A DNA stretch of 64,000 nucleotides from Candidatus Latescibacterota bacterium (GTDB lineage Bacteria > Latescibacterota > UBA2968 > UBA8231). How positions within the stretch are numbered: position 1 is the stretch's first letter; each line of letters begins with the position of its first letter. The DNA lies in the NCBI GenBank assembly GCA_965221775.1, contig CBDCSU010000006.1:896001-960000 (forward strand), in the 5' to 3' direction. The notes under the pieces were generated by a model. It was not told the DNA's origin, made no database searches, and saw only the letters and a program-made list of their open reading frames with translations. Position numbers and translations under genes: made by a program. Of the stretch, positions 16,358-26,595 are shown piece after piece.

Positions 16358-17595
16358 AGGTGCTGCACCTGGCCTGGAAGAGTCTGCGCAACCGAAGCGG
16401 CACCGCGTCGCTGACCGTCCTGACGATCGCGGTCAGTGTGGCGCTCCTCCTCGGCGTCGAGAAGGTCCGGTCGCACGCGCGCGAGAGCTTCGCCAACACC
16501 GTCTCCGGAACCGACCTGATCGTCGGCGCGCGCAGCGGTTCGGTGCAGCTGCTGCTGTATTCGGTCTTTCGCATCGGCAACGCCACGAGCAATATTGCCT
16601 GGTCCAGCTATTCGGACATCTCGACATGGTCGGGCGTCCGCTGGGCCATCCCGATCTCCCTGGGCGACTCGCACCGCGGTTACCGCGTCATGGGCACGTC
16701 GGCCGACTACTTCGAGCACTTCCGCTACGCCGACAAGCGTCATCTCCGCTTTGCGCAGGGCCGGCCTTTCGCCGAGACCCTCGACGCCGTCCTCGGCGCC
16801 GAAGTGGCGCGCAAGCTGGGATACCGGATGGGTGATGCGCTGGTCGTTACCCACGGCCTCGGAACGGATGGCTTCGGCGACCACGACAACCACCCCTTCA
16901 AGGTCACCGGCATCCTGGCGCAGACCGGCACGCCCGTCGATCGCACCGTTCACGTCAGCCTCGCGGGGATCGAGGCGATGCACATCAACTGGAACCGTGT
17001 CGAGACCGATCTCCGGCGCGCCCGGGGCCAGGACCTGACCCCGCGCCAGATCACCGCCTTCCTCCTCGGCCTCGACAACCGACTCGCCGCCTTCAGGCTG
17101 CAGCGCGACATCAATCAGTATGGCGCCGAACCGTTGCTCGCCATCTTTCCGGGCGTGGCGCTGCAGGAGCTGTGGGACTTGATGCGCGTTGGCGAACAGG
17201 CCCTGCGGGTTGTCTCGATCCTCGTGGCAGCCGCGGCGCTGGCGGGTCTGCTGTCGGTCTCCCTGGCGGGGCTCAACGAACGCCGGCGTGAAATGGCCGT
17301 GCTGCGCTCGGTCGGTGCCGGCTGTCGCCACGTCGTGGGATTGCTGATCGCGGAGTCAGCGCTGTTGACGCTGCTCGGTATCGCCATGGGAGTGACGATG
17401 CAGGGCATGACGCTGGGGGCCCTGCAGCCCTGGATCGTCGAGCGCTTCGGCCTGTTCCTGCCCATCGGCCTGCCAGGCGCCGGGGAGTGGCGCCTGCTCG
17501 GTGGCCTGATGGCGGCGGGCCTGCTCGTTGGCCTGGTGCCGGCCTGGCGGTGCTACCGCAACTCGCTTGCCGACGGCCTGGCGACTCGTCTGTGA
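16354..17595 (+). CDS. ABC transporter permease (Zrg-type)
   Basis: GTDLIVGARSGSVQLLLYSVF, PISLGDSHRG, ERRREMAVLRSVGA. Confidence 0.93.
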   Translation: MKVLHLAWKSLRNRSGTASLTVLTIAVSVALLLGVEKVRSHARESFANTVSGTDLIVGARSGSVQLLLYSVFRIGNATSNIAWSSYSDISTWSGVRWAIPISLGDSHRGYRVMGTSADYFEHFRYADKRHLRFAQGRPFAETLDAVLGAEVARKLGYRMGDALVVTHGLGTDGFGDHDNHPFKVTGILAQTGTPVDRTVHVSLAGIEAMHINWNRVETDLRRARGQDLTPRQITAFLLGLDNRLAAFRLQRDINQYGAEPLLAIFPGVALQELWDLMRVGEQALRVVSILVAAAALAGLLSVSLAGLNERRREMAVLRSVGAGCRHVVGLLIAESALLTLLGIAMGVTMQGMTLGALQPWIVERFGLFLPIGLPGAGEWRLLGGLMAAGLLVGLVPAWRCYRNSLADGLATRL

Positions 17596-17638
17596 GCGCA
17601 TCTTGAGAGACTCTCGTCCGTCGCCGATCCGGGGAGCC

Positions 17639-18202
17639 ATGTCCATGTTTCGCCAACCCTTGCTCATTCTGCTGCTCGTCACCAGCGCCGCCGCCTCGGA
17701 CTCACCGCGCGAGATCCTGTGGGACCAGCTCGTTCCCGAAGGCTGGAATCCCTACGCCCTGTTCGACGAACTCAGCGTTGAGGAGATCGACGCCCTCAGC
17801 GACGAGGAGTATTTCGCGTTGCAGGAGAAGGCCCAGGAGATGCTCGACAAAGCGCCGCTGGTGGAGGAGCTCGATGGCGAAACGGTGAAGATCCCGGGCT
17901 TCGTGCTGCCGCTGGAGTACGACGGCACCCGGATCCGCGAATTCCTGCTGATGCCCTATCTCGGCGCCTGTCTCCACACCCCGCCGCCGCCGGCCAACCA
18001 GGTCATCCGCGGCAGCCTCGCGCAACCCCATGACCTGCAGGAGATGTGGCACCCGGTCTGGATCCTCGGCCGCCTGAAGACCGGCCACGCCACGAACAAG
18101 CTCGACGAGGAGGGTTATGACTCCCTCTCCAACGTGAGTTCGGGCTACTCCATGGACGTCGAGTCGATCGAGCCCTATACCCAGAGAGACCCGAATGGCT
18201 GA
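17639..18202 (+). CDS. DUF3299-family protein
   Basis: VKIPGFVLPLE, FLLMPYLGACLHTPPPPANQ. Confidence 0.9.
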   Translation: MSMFRQPLLILLLVTSAAASDSPREILWDQLVPEGWNPYALFDELSVEEIDALSDEEYFALQEKAQEMLDKAPLVEELDGETVKIPGFVLPLEYDGTRIREFLLMPYLGACLHTPPPPANQVIRGSLAQPHDLQEMWHPVWILGRLKTGHATNKLDEEGYDSLSNVSSGYSMDVESIEPYTQRDPNG

Positions 18203-19271
18203 ACTCCAGGACGGGAAGGAACCGATTCCAGTGACGATTGTCAGCGGCTTCCTGGGCGCCGGCAAGACCTCTCTGCTCAACTACATTCTCAGCGCCAACC
18301 ACGGACTGCGCGTGGCGGTGTTGGTCAACGACTTTGGAGAGATCAACATCGACGCCGAGTTGGTATCCGGGGTCTCCGGGGAGTCCACCGTCAACCTCTC
18401 CAACGGGTGTATCTGCTGCTCGATTCGCAGTGACCTGCTTGAAGCAACGGTTCAACTGGTACAAGGCCCGAACCCGCCGGAGTATATCGTCGTTGAAACG
18501 AGCGGCGTATCCGACCCCGTGGCGGTCTCATTGACCTTCATGGCCGCCGAGTTGCGGTGGCGGACACGGGTGGACAGTATCCTCACCGTGGTTGATGCGG
18601 AGCAGATCGATCAGGTGGACGGAAAGAACCGCGAGCTCGCGTTGGACCAGATCGCCATGGCAGACATGGTGGTGCTGAACAAGGTTGACCTGGTCAATGA
18701 CGAGAGACGGGAGGAACTGGCAGGCTTTGTGAGAGACCTCGTTCCGAGGGCGCGTATTCTCGAAACCACATTCGGGAAGGTTCCCCCCGATCTGGTGTGC
18801 GGTGTCGGGACCTACGACCTCCAACGCTTTGCGGGGAAGACGGGTCTGGATGTTCACATCCATGCCCACGGAGAGGCGCCGCATGAACACGAACACCACA
18901 CCGACCATACGCTTGTCTTCAACACGTGGTGTTATGCGACTGACCAGGCGCTGTCACGTCGGGCCGTGCTTGATGCGATGAAGACCCTGCCTGCGACCAT
19001 CTACCGCGCCAAGGGGTTTCTCTACCTCCACGATGCTCCCGGTCGAAAGGGAATCGTGCACGTTGTCGGCAAACGCGCGCGTCTGATCACGGGTGAGCCG
19101 TGGGGCGGCGAGAAACCGGGGACCCAACTGGTCTTCATCGGTGAGGAAGGTGGGATCGACGAAGGCGAACTGCAGTCGCGCCTTGATGCGTGCCAGACGC
19201 AAGAGGATGCTCACGAGGATACCACTCTTGATGCCACTATTGACCTGCTTCGGCAGCTTGCAGTGAAGTAG
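18195..19271 (+). CDS. COG0523/CobW-family metallochaperone GTPase
   Basis: GFLGAGKT, NDFGE, GCICC, ETSG, NKVD, His-rich linker and RAKG. Confidence 0.95.
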   Translation: MAELQDGKEPIPVTIVSGFLGAGKTSLLNYILSANHGLRVAVLVNDFGEINIDAELVSGVSGESTVNLSNGCICCSIRSDLLEATVQLVQGPNPPEYIVVETSGVSDPVAVSLTFMAAELRWRTRVDSILTVVDAEQIDQVDGKNRELALDQIAMADMVVLNKVDLVNDERREELAGFVRDLVPRARILETTFGKVPPDLVCGVGTYDLQRFAGKTGLDVHIHAHGEAPHEHEHHTDHTLVFNTWCYATDQALSRRAVLDAMKTLPATIYRAKGFLYLHDAPGRKGIVHVVGKRARLITGEPWGGEKPGTQLVFIGEEGGIDEGELQSRLDACQTQEDAHEDTTLDATIDLLRQLAVK

Positions 19272-21042
19272 GGCTTTTCTCTGTCGCCAGCACCACGTAC
19301 GCCCCCGCCTCCAGCCCACCCAGCTCCGCCACCGCCCCGTCGGGCCAGCGCACCGTCACCGCCTCGGCCGCCGCCGCCGCCCCCAGCCCGAAGGTCAGCT
19401 CCCGGGCGCTCTGGCTCAGGTAGGAGGACCCGGTGCGCAACCGCAGCGACTGGGTCCGCCCGCCGGCGCGCACCGTCACCACCGCCCCCAGGGGGTCGGT
19501 CCCCTCCTCCCCCCGCAGGCGCAGGACCAGCGCCTTGCCGCCCTCCAGGTCGTTGCACAGCAGCCGCGGGGCGCCGCCGTTGGTGGTGATCAGCACGTCC
19601 AGGTCGCCGTCGCTCTCCACGTCGCCCACGGCCAGGCCGCGGCCCACGAGGGGCTCGGCCAGCGCCGGCCCGGCTCTTGCGCTCGCGTCGAGCAGCCTCC
19701 CCCGGCCGTCGTTCCAGAACAGCTGCGGCGGCTGGGCGTAGGCGATCTCGCGCTGCACGGCGTTGATCTCGGGCTCGATGTGGCCGTTGGCCAGGATCAG
19801 GTCCTGGCGGCCGTCCAGGTCGTAGTCGAAGAACCGCAGGCCGAAGGTCAGGGTCGGCAGGGTCGGCTGCACGAGGCGGCTCTTGCCGGCCCCGTCGAGG
19901 AAGACGGTGCCCCCCGCCGCCGTCTGCCGGTAGAGGGAGACGGCCTCGCGGCTGAAGTTGCCGATGCCGATGGCCAGCACGCCGTCGCCGGACAGGTCGG
20001 CCACGTCCACGCCCATGCCGGCCCGGGCCCGGCCCGACTCGTCGTAGCCGATGCCCGCCGCCGTGCCCACCTCCTCGAAGCGGCCGCCGCCGAGGTTGCG
20101 CAGCAGGAAGTTGGGCTGCGTGTCGTTGGTGATCACCAGGTCGACGCGGCCGTCGGCGTCGAAGTCGTCCGCCGCCACCCCCATCGACTTGGCGTGGGGC
20201 AACAGCAGCCCGGCCTCGGCGGTGATGTCCGAGAAGGCGCCGTCGCCGCGGTTGCGGTAGAGGCGCGGCGTCGAGCCGGTGTACTGCTGGGGTGTGGCGT
20301 ACGACTTGCTCTTGCCGTCGAAGCTGGCGTAGAGGTCGTTCTCGGGCGACCAGTGCACGTAGTTGGTCACCAGCAGGTCGGGCCGCCCGTCGCCGTCGAC
20401 GTCGGCCCAGGCGGCCCCCGTGGACCACTCCGGGTGCCGGCGGCCTTCCCCGTCGGTCCAGGTCTCGCCCGCCACCCCGGCCCGCGCCGCCGCGTCGGTG
20501 AACTCCAGGGGCCGGTCCTGGCGCAGCAGCAGGTTGTCGCCCAGGGTCGTCAGGTAGAGGTCGGCGTCGCCGTCGGCGTCGTAGTCGGCGGCGGTCACCC
20601 CCATGCCGTAGACGCTCACATCGACGCCGGAGCCGGCGGTGACGTCGGTGAAGGAGCCGGTCCCGTCGTTGGCGAAGAGGGCCGAGGTGGGCGCCGGGCC
20701 CTGCCCCTCGTGGCCGGGCCACCAGGCGCCGTTGACCAGCAGGGCGTCGTCGTCGCCGTCGCCGTCGAGGTCGTGGAGGGCGCAGCCGGAGCCCATCGTC
20801 TCGGGCATCCACTTGTCGCCGAAGGCGCCGGTCTCGTGGCGGAAGGCCAGGCCCGAGGCCGCCGCGGTCTCGGTGAAGGTCACCGCCGGCGGCGACGGCG
20901 CGTCCTCGGCGCGGGCGTAGTCGGGTGTGGGGCGCGAGTACGCCGGCGGCTCCGGGGCGACCTCCGGGGCCTCCTCGGCGCACGCGGCCAGCAGCAGGGC
21001 CGCGGCCGTGGCCAGGCGCCGCGGGCGGAGACGCCCGGCCAT
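19237..21042 (-). CDS. CRTAC1/ASPIC-UnbV family FG-GAP lipoprotein
   Basis: LAAC lipobox, PETMGSG, repeated DxDxDG motifs and GSSYLSQS. Confidence 0.9.
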   Translation of the reverse strand: MAGRLRPRRLATAAALLLAACAEEAPEVAPEPPAYSRPTPDYARAEDAPSPPAVTFTETAAASGLAFRHETGAFGDKWMPETMGSGCALHDLDGDGDDDALLVNGAWWPGHEGQGPAPTSALFANDGTGSFTDVTAGSGVDVSVYGMGVTAADYDADGDADLYLTTLGDNLLLRQDRPLEFTDAAARAGVAGETWTDGEGRRHPEWSTGAAWADVDGDGRPDLLVTNYVHWSPENDLYASFDGKSKSYATPQQYTGSTPRLYRNRGDGAFSDITAEAGLLLPHAKSMGVAADDFDADGRVDLVITNDTQPNFLLRNLGGGRFEEVGTAAGIGYDESGRARAGMGVDVADLSGDGVLAIGIGNFSREAVSLYRQTAAGGTVFLDGAGKSRLVQPTLPTLTFGLRFFDYDLDGRQDLILANGHIEPEINAVQREIAYAQPPQLFWNDGRGRLLDASARAGPALAEPLVGRGLAVGDVESDGDLDVLITTNGGAPRLLCNDLEGGKALVLRLRGEEGTDPLGAVVTVRAGGRTQSLRLRTGSSYLSQSARELTFGLGAAAAAEAVTVRWPDGAVAELGGLEAGAYVVLATEKSPTSLQAAEAGQ

Positions 21043-23978
21043 CAGGTGCGGCCCCCGTCGCCGGCCTCCGGGGGCGCCAGCTCGTGCAGGTGGATCGGCT
21101 GGGCCTCGAGGTTGTCGTGGGGGTGGTTCAGGCGGTACTCGCGGGTCACGGCCTGGGCCGACTCGTCGATCTGGTAGTACTCGTAGGCCTGCTCGGCGGC
21201 CTCGGCTTCCGCCTGCCGCCCCAGGCTGCGCAGGCAGAGCATGCGGTGGTAGTGGGCGCCGCGGTCCTCGGGGTCGATCCGCAGGACCCGGTCCAGCGCC
21301 TCCAGGGCCTGCTCGAAGCGGCCGTCGAGGTAGAGGACGCGGCCGAGGTTGCGCCACGCCGCGCGGTCGTCGGGGAAGCTCTCCAGGACGTGGCGGTAGG
21401 CCAGCTCGGCGTCGGCGTAGCGGCCGCTCTTCTGGTGGGCCACGCCCCACACCCAGGCGCTCTGGGCGTCGGCCGGGGCCAGCTCCTCGCAGCGCTGCAG
21501 CAGCTCGTAGGCGCGGTCGAGGTCGCCGTCGGCCAGGGCCGCCCGCGCCATGTTGCGGGGCCCGTCGATGCGCTCCGGGTGCAGCCGCGCCAGCTCGGCG
21601 AAAGCGGCGGTGGCGCCGCGCGTGTCCCCCTGCAGCAGCAGGCCGATGCCATAGTCGTTGAGCCGCTGCCAGGCGTCGGGCCCGGGATCCGCCCCTTTCG
21701 CCGGATCCCCGCCCTCGAGGGGCAGGGTGAGGGTGTGGGAGGCGATCTCGGTCACCGGCAGGTCGGGCACCTCGTCGAAGGGCCGGAAGCCCTCCCGGTT
21801 GGCGTGGAAGGCGAACTCGGTGTAGGCGCGGTCGAACTTGCGCCACAGCAGGCGCGCCGAGACCGTCAGCGATCCGCCGGCGTAGTCGGCGGGCACGGTG
21901 AAGGCGTAGTGGGCCACGTCCGCGGCCCCCGGGCCGATGGTGCGCACGTAGACCGGCGCGTGGATGTCCTGGGCGTTGCGGCGGTGGATGGCCTGCCCCT
22001 CGGCGTCGACGAGCAGGGCCTTGTAGAAGTGGGCCGCCGGGTCGACGTGGCCGTCGCCGCCGACGGAGCCGCTGCGCGCCAGCACCCGCCCCTCGGCGTC
22101 GGAGACCGTGATCTCCAGCCAGCCCTCGTTGGAGTCGTTGGTGCCGCCGGGGAAGGTGTGGCCCACGCCGAGGTTGCGCACCGCCACGTCGAACTCGAGG
22201 CGCTCGCCGGGCCGCACCGGCGGCGGCGCCAGGGCCGGTTGGTAGTGGAGGCCGCCCCCGGGCCGGCGCAGGGCGGCGATGTCGACGCGCAGCTTGGCGT
22301 CGCGCAGGAAGGCCTCGATGCGCTCGATCGTCTCGCGGTCGCCGCGCAGGAAAGGCAGGGCCGTGTTCACCGCCAGGAAGCGGTGCGAGCGCACGTACCC
22401 GTCCCTGGCGGAGACATCTCCCTCGACGGCCTCCTCCAGGGGCATGTGGCAGTCTTGGCAGACACGCCGGTGCCCGGGCAGGTAGAAGGTGCGCGAGGCG
22501 TTGAGGGCGACGCCGCTGTCGTGCCAGCTGTCGTACTCGTTCTGGCCGCGCAGCCAGCGGTAGCCGTTGAGGCGGGTGTCGAGGCTGACCTTGTGGCAGG
22601 TGGCGCAGTACTCGGAGGTCTGGAAGAAGGGCTTGAGCATCTGCCGCTTGTGCACCGCCGGCCGCGCCTTGAGGGCGGTGTCGTGGAGCAGCCGCAGGAT
22701 GCCGTGCTCGGTGTCGGCGAACAGGTAGGGGTCCTCCTGGTGGTCGGCGATGTTGTAGTTGCCGTTGCCGGTGACGCCGTGGATGTGGTCGATGGCGTGG
22801 CAGGCCAGGCAGGTCAGGCCCGCCTGGGCCTGGGGCGTACGCCGGTCGATCTCGTCCGTCATCTGGCCGGCCAGCATCAGCGCCGGGTCGTGGCACCCGG
22901 AGCACCACTTCGACTTCACCAGCGCCTGGCGCCCCTCCAGGTCCTCGCCCCCCCGCTCCGGGTCGAGCCGCGAGAAGTGGTCGATGTGGGCCTCCACCTC
23001 GGGGTTGAGGGAGGTGGAGCGCTCGCGCATGTCGTTGATCGTCGCCTCGTAGAAGGGGTTGTTGAAGGAAGCGAAGCGGTGGGCCGAGGTCGCCCACTGG
23101 GCGACCACCGCGGCGTGGCAGCGCTGGCAGTCGAAGGCCCCCAGCTGATCGCTGACGACGAAGCCCTGCTGCTCGATCTCGCGGTCGAGGAACTCCTGCG
23201 CCGGCAGGCCGCCGCGGGTGATGATCCGCGACGGCAGGTAGGAGCCCGTGGTCGTCGTCGTGGCGGCGGGGAAGAAGGGGCTCTCGATGGGGACGAAGTT
23301 GGCCGGCACGAACTCCGTGGGGCCGCCGCCGGTCTGACGCTCCCGCGAGCCGGGCCCGGTGTGGGTGCCGTTGGCGAAGGCCTCCCGGGCCGTCTCGGTG
23401 TAGGCCTCGCGGTCGTAGGTGAGTCCGTGGACGACGATGGCCAGACCCGCGAGGCCGGCCGTGGCCAGGGGCACGACGCGGTAGCTGCGGGGCGACGGCT
23501 TCCAGATCGAGATGCGCCGGTGGGCGAGGTAGAAGACGGGCAGGGCCGCCGCCGCGATCACGTGGCACCACCAGGCCCAGGCGTTGTCGCGGCTGTTGGC
23601 CTCGGTGAGGATGAAGAGGCCCGTCACCAGCAGCGTCACCCCCAGGGTCACGGAGGCCAGGCCGGTGTAGATCGCCCGGCGGCGGTGGCGGCGCCAGACC
23701 GTGGGCAGGTGCCACTCGACGAAGGCCAGGGCCAGGATCACCAGGATGATGCCGCCCACCGTGTGGGAGATCACCATGGACTGGTAGAACCGGGGCAGGG
23801 AGAGGTCGGTGACCGCGAAGTAGCCGATGCCGAGGGCGTCGGCGGCGCGGTTGGCCAGCAGGTAGAGGGTGTCGGCCAGCATCAGCACCCCGAGGCCGAC
23901 GACGAGCAGCAGCAGCCGCCGCTGCAGGGGGCCGAGGCGGGTGCGGCGCGGGGCGGGTGCGGAGGGCGAGTCGCTCAC
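21042..23978 (-). CDS. Membrane-anchored pentaheme cytochrome c with C-terminal TPRs
   Basis: N-terminal TMs; CQRCH, CSGCH, CLACH, CATCH and CQDCH; TPR-like helices at the C-terminus; start uncertain. Confidence 0.85.
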   Translation of the reverse strand: MSDSPSAPAPRRTRLGPLQRRLLLLVVGLGVLMLADTLYLLANRAADALGIGYFAVTDLSLPRFYQSMVISHTVGGIILVILALAFVEWHLPTVWRRHRRRAIYTGLASVTLGVTLLVTGLFILTEANSRDNAWAWWCHVIAAAALPVFYLAHRRISIWKPSPRSYRVVPLATAGLAGLAIVVHGLTYDREAYTETAREAFANGTHTGPGSRERQTGGGPTEFVPANFVPIESPFFPAATTTTTGSYLPSRIITRGGLPAQEFLDREIEQQGFVVSDQLGAFDCQRCHAAVVAQWATSAHRFASFNNPFYEATINDMRERSTSLNPEVEAHIDHFSRLDPERGGEDLEGRQALVKSKWCSGCHDPALMLAGQMTDEIDRRTPQAQAGLTCLACHAIDHIHGVTGNGNYNIADHQEDPYLFADTEHGILRLLHDTALKARPAVHKRQMLKPFFQTSEYCATCHKVSLDTRLNGYRWLRGQNEYDSWHDSGVALNASRTFYLPGHRRVCQDCHMPLEEAVEGDVSARDGYVRSHRFLAVNTALPFLRGDRETIERIEAFLRDAKLRVDIAALRRPGGGLHYQPALAPPPVRPGERLEFDVAVRNLGVGHTFPGGTNDSNEGWLEITVSDAEGRVLARSGSVGGDGHVDPAAHFYKALLVDAEGQAIHRRNAQDIHAPVYVRTIGPGAADVAHYAFTVPADYAGGSLTVSARLLWRKFDRAYTEFAFHANREGFRPFDEVPDLPVTEIASHTLTLPLEGGDPAKGADPGPDAWQRLNDYGIGLLLQGDTRGATAAFAELARLHPERIDGPRNMARAALADGDLDRAYELLQRCEELAPADAQSAWVWGVAHQKSGRYADAELAYRHVLESFPDDRAAWRNLGRVLYLDGRFEQALEALDRVLRIDPEDRGAHYHRMLCLRSLGRQAEAEAAEQAYEYYQIDESAQAVTREYRLNHPHDNLEAQPIHLHELAPPEAGDGGRT

Positions 23979-24042
23979 GGGTCCGAGGGGTGCTGGGGGC
24001 GGGGGCGTCCGGTGCGGAGGAAGGCGCCCGGGAGTTTCGGCC

Positions 24043-24273
24043 TCATGGCGTGGAGAGGGGAACTTCGCGTTCCTCAAGCCTCCACGCGGCGTAGGCCAGG
24101 GACTGATCGATGTCCTCCCGCTCGAGATACGGGTATGCTCGGAGTATCTCCTCGGGTGAGCGGCCAGCCGCGAGCAGGCCGACCACAGTACCGACTGTCA
24201 CGCGCATACCTCGAAGACACGCCTTACCCCCCATGACGGCGGGATCGATGGTAATCCTGTCGAATGACCTCAT
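24043..24273 (-). CDS. DUF433-family protein (antitoxin-like)
   Basis: RITIDPAVMGGKACLRGMRVTV..EEILRAYPYLEREDI. Confidence 0.92.
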   Translation of the reverse strand: MRSFDRITIDPAVMGGKACLRGMRVTVGTVVGLLAAGRSPEEILRAYPYLEREDIDQSLAYAAWRLEEREVPLSTP

Positions 24274-24451
24274 CGCTGTCTCCTCTCGTGTTCAGGCCCT
24301 CAAAGCTTGCAGCCCTTGATCTGCCGAGGCGAACGCGCGGAGGGCGGACGGGCGCGTGCGGTATGGAGGAAGGCTCCGGGGCGCTGAGGAAAATGAAAAT
24401 AAGGGACGCGACCCCGCACCGCCCGGTGGTCCGGCCGGTCCGACGGGGGTG

Positions 24452-25642
24452 TCAGCCGGTGAGCAGCTCGAAGGTCTGGCGGGCCACGATCCACTCCTCG
24501 TCGGTGCGCAGAACGTGCAGGCCCACGCGGCTGCCGGCGGCGTGCAGGCTCCCCTCGCCGCGGACCTCCTCGTTCTTGGCCGGGTCCAGCTCCACGCCGA
24601 GGAACTCCAAGCCCGCCAGCACCTGGGCTCGCACCCGGCTGGAGTGCTCGCCGATGCCGCCGGTGAAGCTGATCGCGTCCAGGCCTCCCAGCTCGACGGC
24701 GAAGGCTCCGAGGTAGTCGCGGATCGACGAGGTGAAGACGTCGATGGCGAGGGCGCAGCGCCGGTCGCCGGCGGCGGCCTTCTCCTCGATGTCGCGCATG
24801 TCGTTGGAGGCCCCGCTCAGCCCGAGGAGGCCGCCCTCGGTGGCGCAGACCTCCAGGGCCTCGTCGAGGGAGATCCCCTCGCGGTCGCAGACCACCTGCA
24901 GGGCCCATGGGTCCAGGTCGCCGATGCGGTTGTTCTGCGGCACCCCGCCCTGGGGGCTGAGCCCGTGGGAGGCGCCCTGGGAGCGGCCGTCCCTCACCGC
25001 GCACAGGGACGACGAGCCGCCCAGGTGGCAGTTGACGTGGCGCAGGCGGTCGGTGCCCGCCAACTGAAGCACCTTCTCGGCGGCGTAGCGGTGCGAGGCG
25101 CCGTGGAAGCCGTAGCGCCGGATGCCGTACTCCTCGTGCCAGTGCCAGGGGACGGCGTAGAGCTGCCGCCGCAGCGGCGCGGTGCCGTGGAAGGCCGGCT
25201 CGAAGCACCCCACCCGCGGCGCGTGCGGCGCCACCCGGGCGAACCAGCGGATGGCGGCCACGTACGCCGGGTTGTGGGCCGGCGCCAGGCGGTAGAAGTC
25301 CTCCATGCGGCCCAGGACCTCCTCGTCCAGCTCCACGACGCCGGTGATGCCCCGGGCGTGGACGGTCTTGAAGCCGACCGCCTCAAGCTGCTCCACCGAC
25401 TTCAGCGGCGCCCCGTGTCCGCCGGTGAGCCGCGCCAGGGCCTCGTCGATGGCGGCCCCGTGGTCGCGCAGGACGCAGCTCCGCTCCACCGGGTCGCCGC
25501 CGGCGAGGCGGTACTCGTGCACGGACCCGCCGCCGCCGCCGATGCGGTCCATGCCTCCCCGGGCCAGCACCTCGCCCGCGGGCATGTCGAACACCTTGTA
25601 CTTGAAGGAGGTGCTGCCGAGGTTGGCCACCAGGACCTTCAT
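24452..25642 (-). CDS. ackA: Acetate/propionate kinase
   Basis: NLGSTSFKY, LAPAHNP, IRRYGFHGASH, CHLGGSSS, FTGGIGEHS. Confidence 0.9.
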   Translation of the reverse strand: MKVLVANLGSTSFKYKVFDMPAGEVLARGGMDRIGGGGGSVHEYRLAGGDPVERSCVLRDHGAAIDEALARLTGGHGAPLKSVEQLEAVGFKTVHARGITGVVELDEEVLGRMEDFYRLAPAHNPAYVAAIRWFARVAPHAPRVGCFEPAFHGTAPLRRQLYAVPWHWHEEYGIRRYGFHGASHRYAAEKVLQLAGTDRLRHVNCHLGGSSSLCAVRDGRSQGASHGLSPQGGVPQNNRIGDLDPWALQVVCDREGISLDEALEVCATEGGLLGLSGASNDMRDIEEKAAAGDRRCALAIDVFTSSIRDYLGAFAVELGGLDAISFTGGIGEHSSRVRAQVLAGLEFLGVELDPAKNEEVRGEGSLHAAGSRVGLHVLRTDEEWIVARQTFELLTG

Positions 25643-26595
25643 CGGCTCCGCTCCCGCTCTTCCATGGCCCGCTCCGCCCGCAGGCCCAGCCGCGCCGCGT
25701 CGGCCGCCGTGGCCAGGTCCGTCTGCCAGCCGGTCTCCTCTCCCCGCACGTCCCGCAGGAACAGCTGCTCCAGGGACTCCGCCGGGCCCTCATCCGCAGC
25801 CAGGGCCTTCCGCCCCGAGGGGGTGGCCACCGACCACGAGCCCCCGTCGCGGACCAGGGTGCCGCCCGACATCACCACCCGCTCGAACTGCTCGGCCTCG
25901 TCGATCTCGACGCCGCCGGACCAGACCCAGGTGGCCGTGCCGCCTCCGAGCCCGGCGGTGACCGTGTTCTGGAAGCGGCGGTAGCGCCCCGTCTCCGGGT
26001 CGAGCCCTTCGTACCGGCACGAGGCCTCCACCCAGCGGGCGGCGCCGAAGAGGTCGACGAGGGGGTACACCTGGTAGACGAAGAACAGGGCCGGCGGCCC
26101 CGACACCGGCAGGTTGAGCAGCACCTCGGGGCGGGCCCCGCGGCCGGGGGTGAGGCGCACGAAGACGGCCGTCATCAGCTCGCCCAGGCCGGCCGCGGCC
26201 GAGCGCAGAGCCCGGTGCTCCCCGCTGACCACCTCGCCGTGGGCCACCCGCACGACGCTGCCCCCGTCCAGCCCGGCGCGGGTCAGGGCCTCCACCTCGG
26301 CCTCCCGCCGCGCCAGCGGATACTCGACGAAGACCGGCTTGCCCGCCGCCACCGCCGCCAGGGCGATCGCTCCGTGGCTGTCGTTGTGGGTGCACACGGC
26401 GACCGCGTCCACCAGGTCCCCCTCGACCAGGGACTCCCAGCCGCCGAGCTGCCGCGCGCCCAGCTCGCCCGCCAGGGCGCCGCCGGTCTCCGGGTTGCGC
26501 GCCGCCACCGCCGGGACGCTGCAGCCGTCGAGGGCGTCGAAAGCCAGGCCCCGGCGGCGGGCCATGCCCCCCGATCCGACGATGCCGATCCTCAC
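25639..26595 (-). CDS. Gfo/Idh/MocA-family oxidoreductase
   Basis: RIGIVGSGGMA Rossmann motif and GKPVFVEYPLA; GTG start overlaps the upstream stop. Confidence 0.85.
   Translation of the reverse strand: MRIGIVGSGGMARRRGLAFDALDGCSVPAVAARNPETGGALAGELGARQLGGWESLVEGDLVDAVAVCTHNDSHGAIALAAVAAGKPVFVEYPLARREAEVEALTRAGLDGGSVVRVAHGEVVSGEHRALRSAAAGLGELMTAVFVRLTPGRGARPEVLLNLPVSGPPALFFVYQVYPLVDLFGAARWVEASCRYEGLDPETGRYRRFQNTVTAGLGGGTATWVWSGGVEIDEAEQFERVVMSGGTLVRDGGSWSVATPSGRKALAADEGPAESLEQLFLRDVRGEETGWQTDLATAADAARLGLRAERAMEERERSR

Noticed and set aside
19237-23715. 1492-aa ORF and other very long Arg/Gly/Pro-rich ORFs (for example 4151-7648, 43460-46777, 53994-57812, 54058-57720)
   Set aside because: These are shadow or off-frame ORFs typical of high-GC DNA. 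Real genes start at internal codons or lie in other frames.
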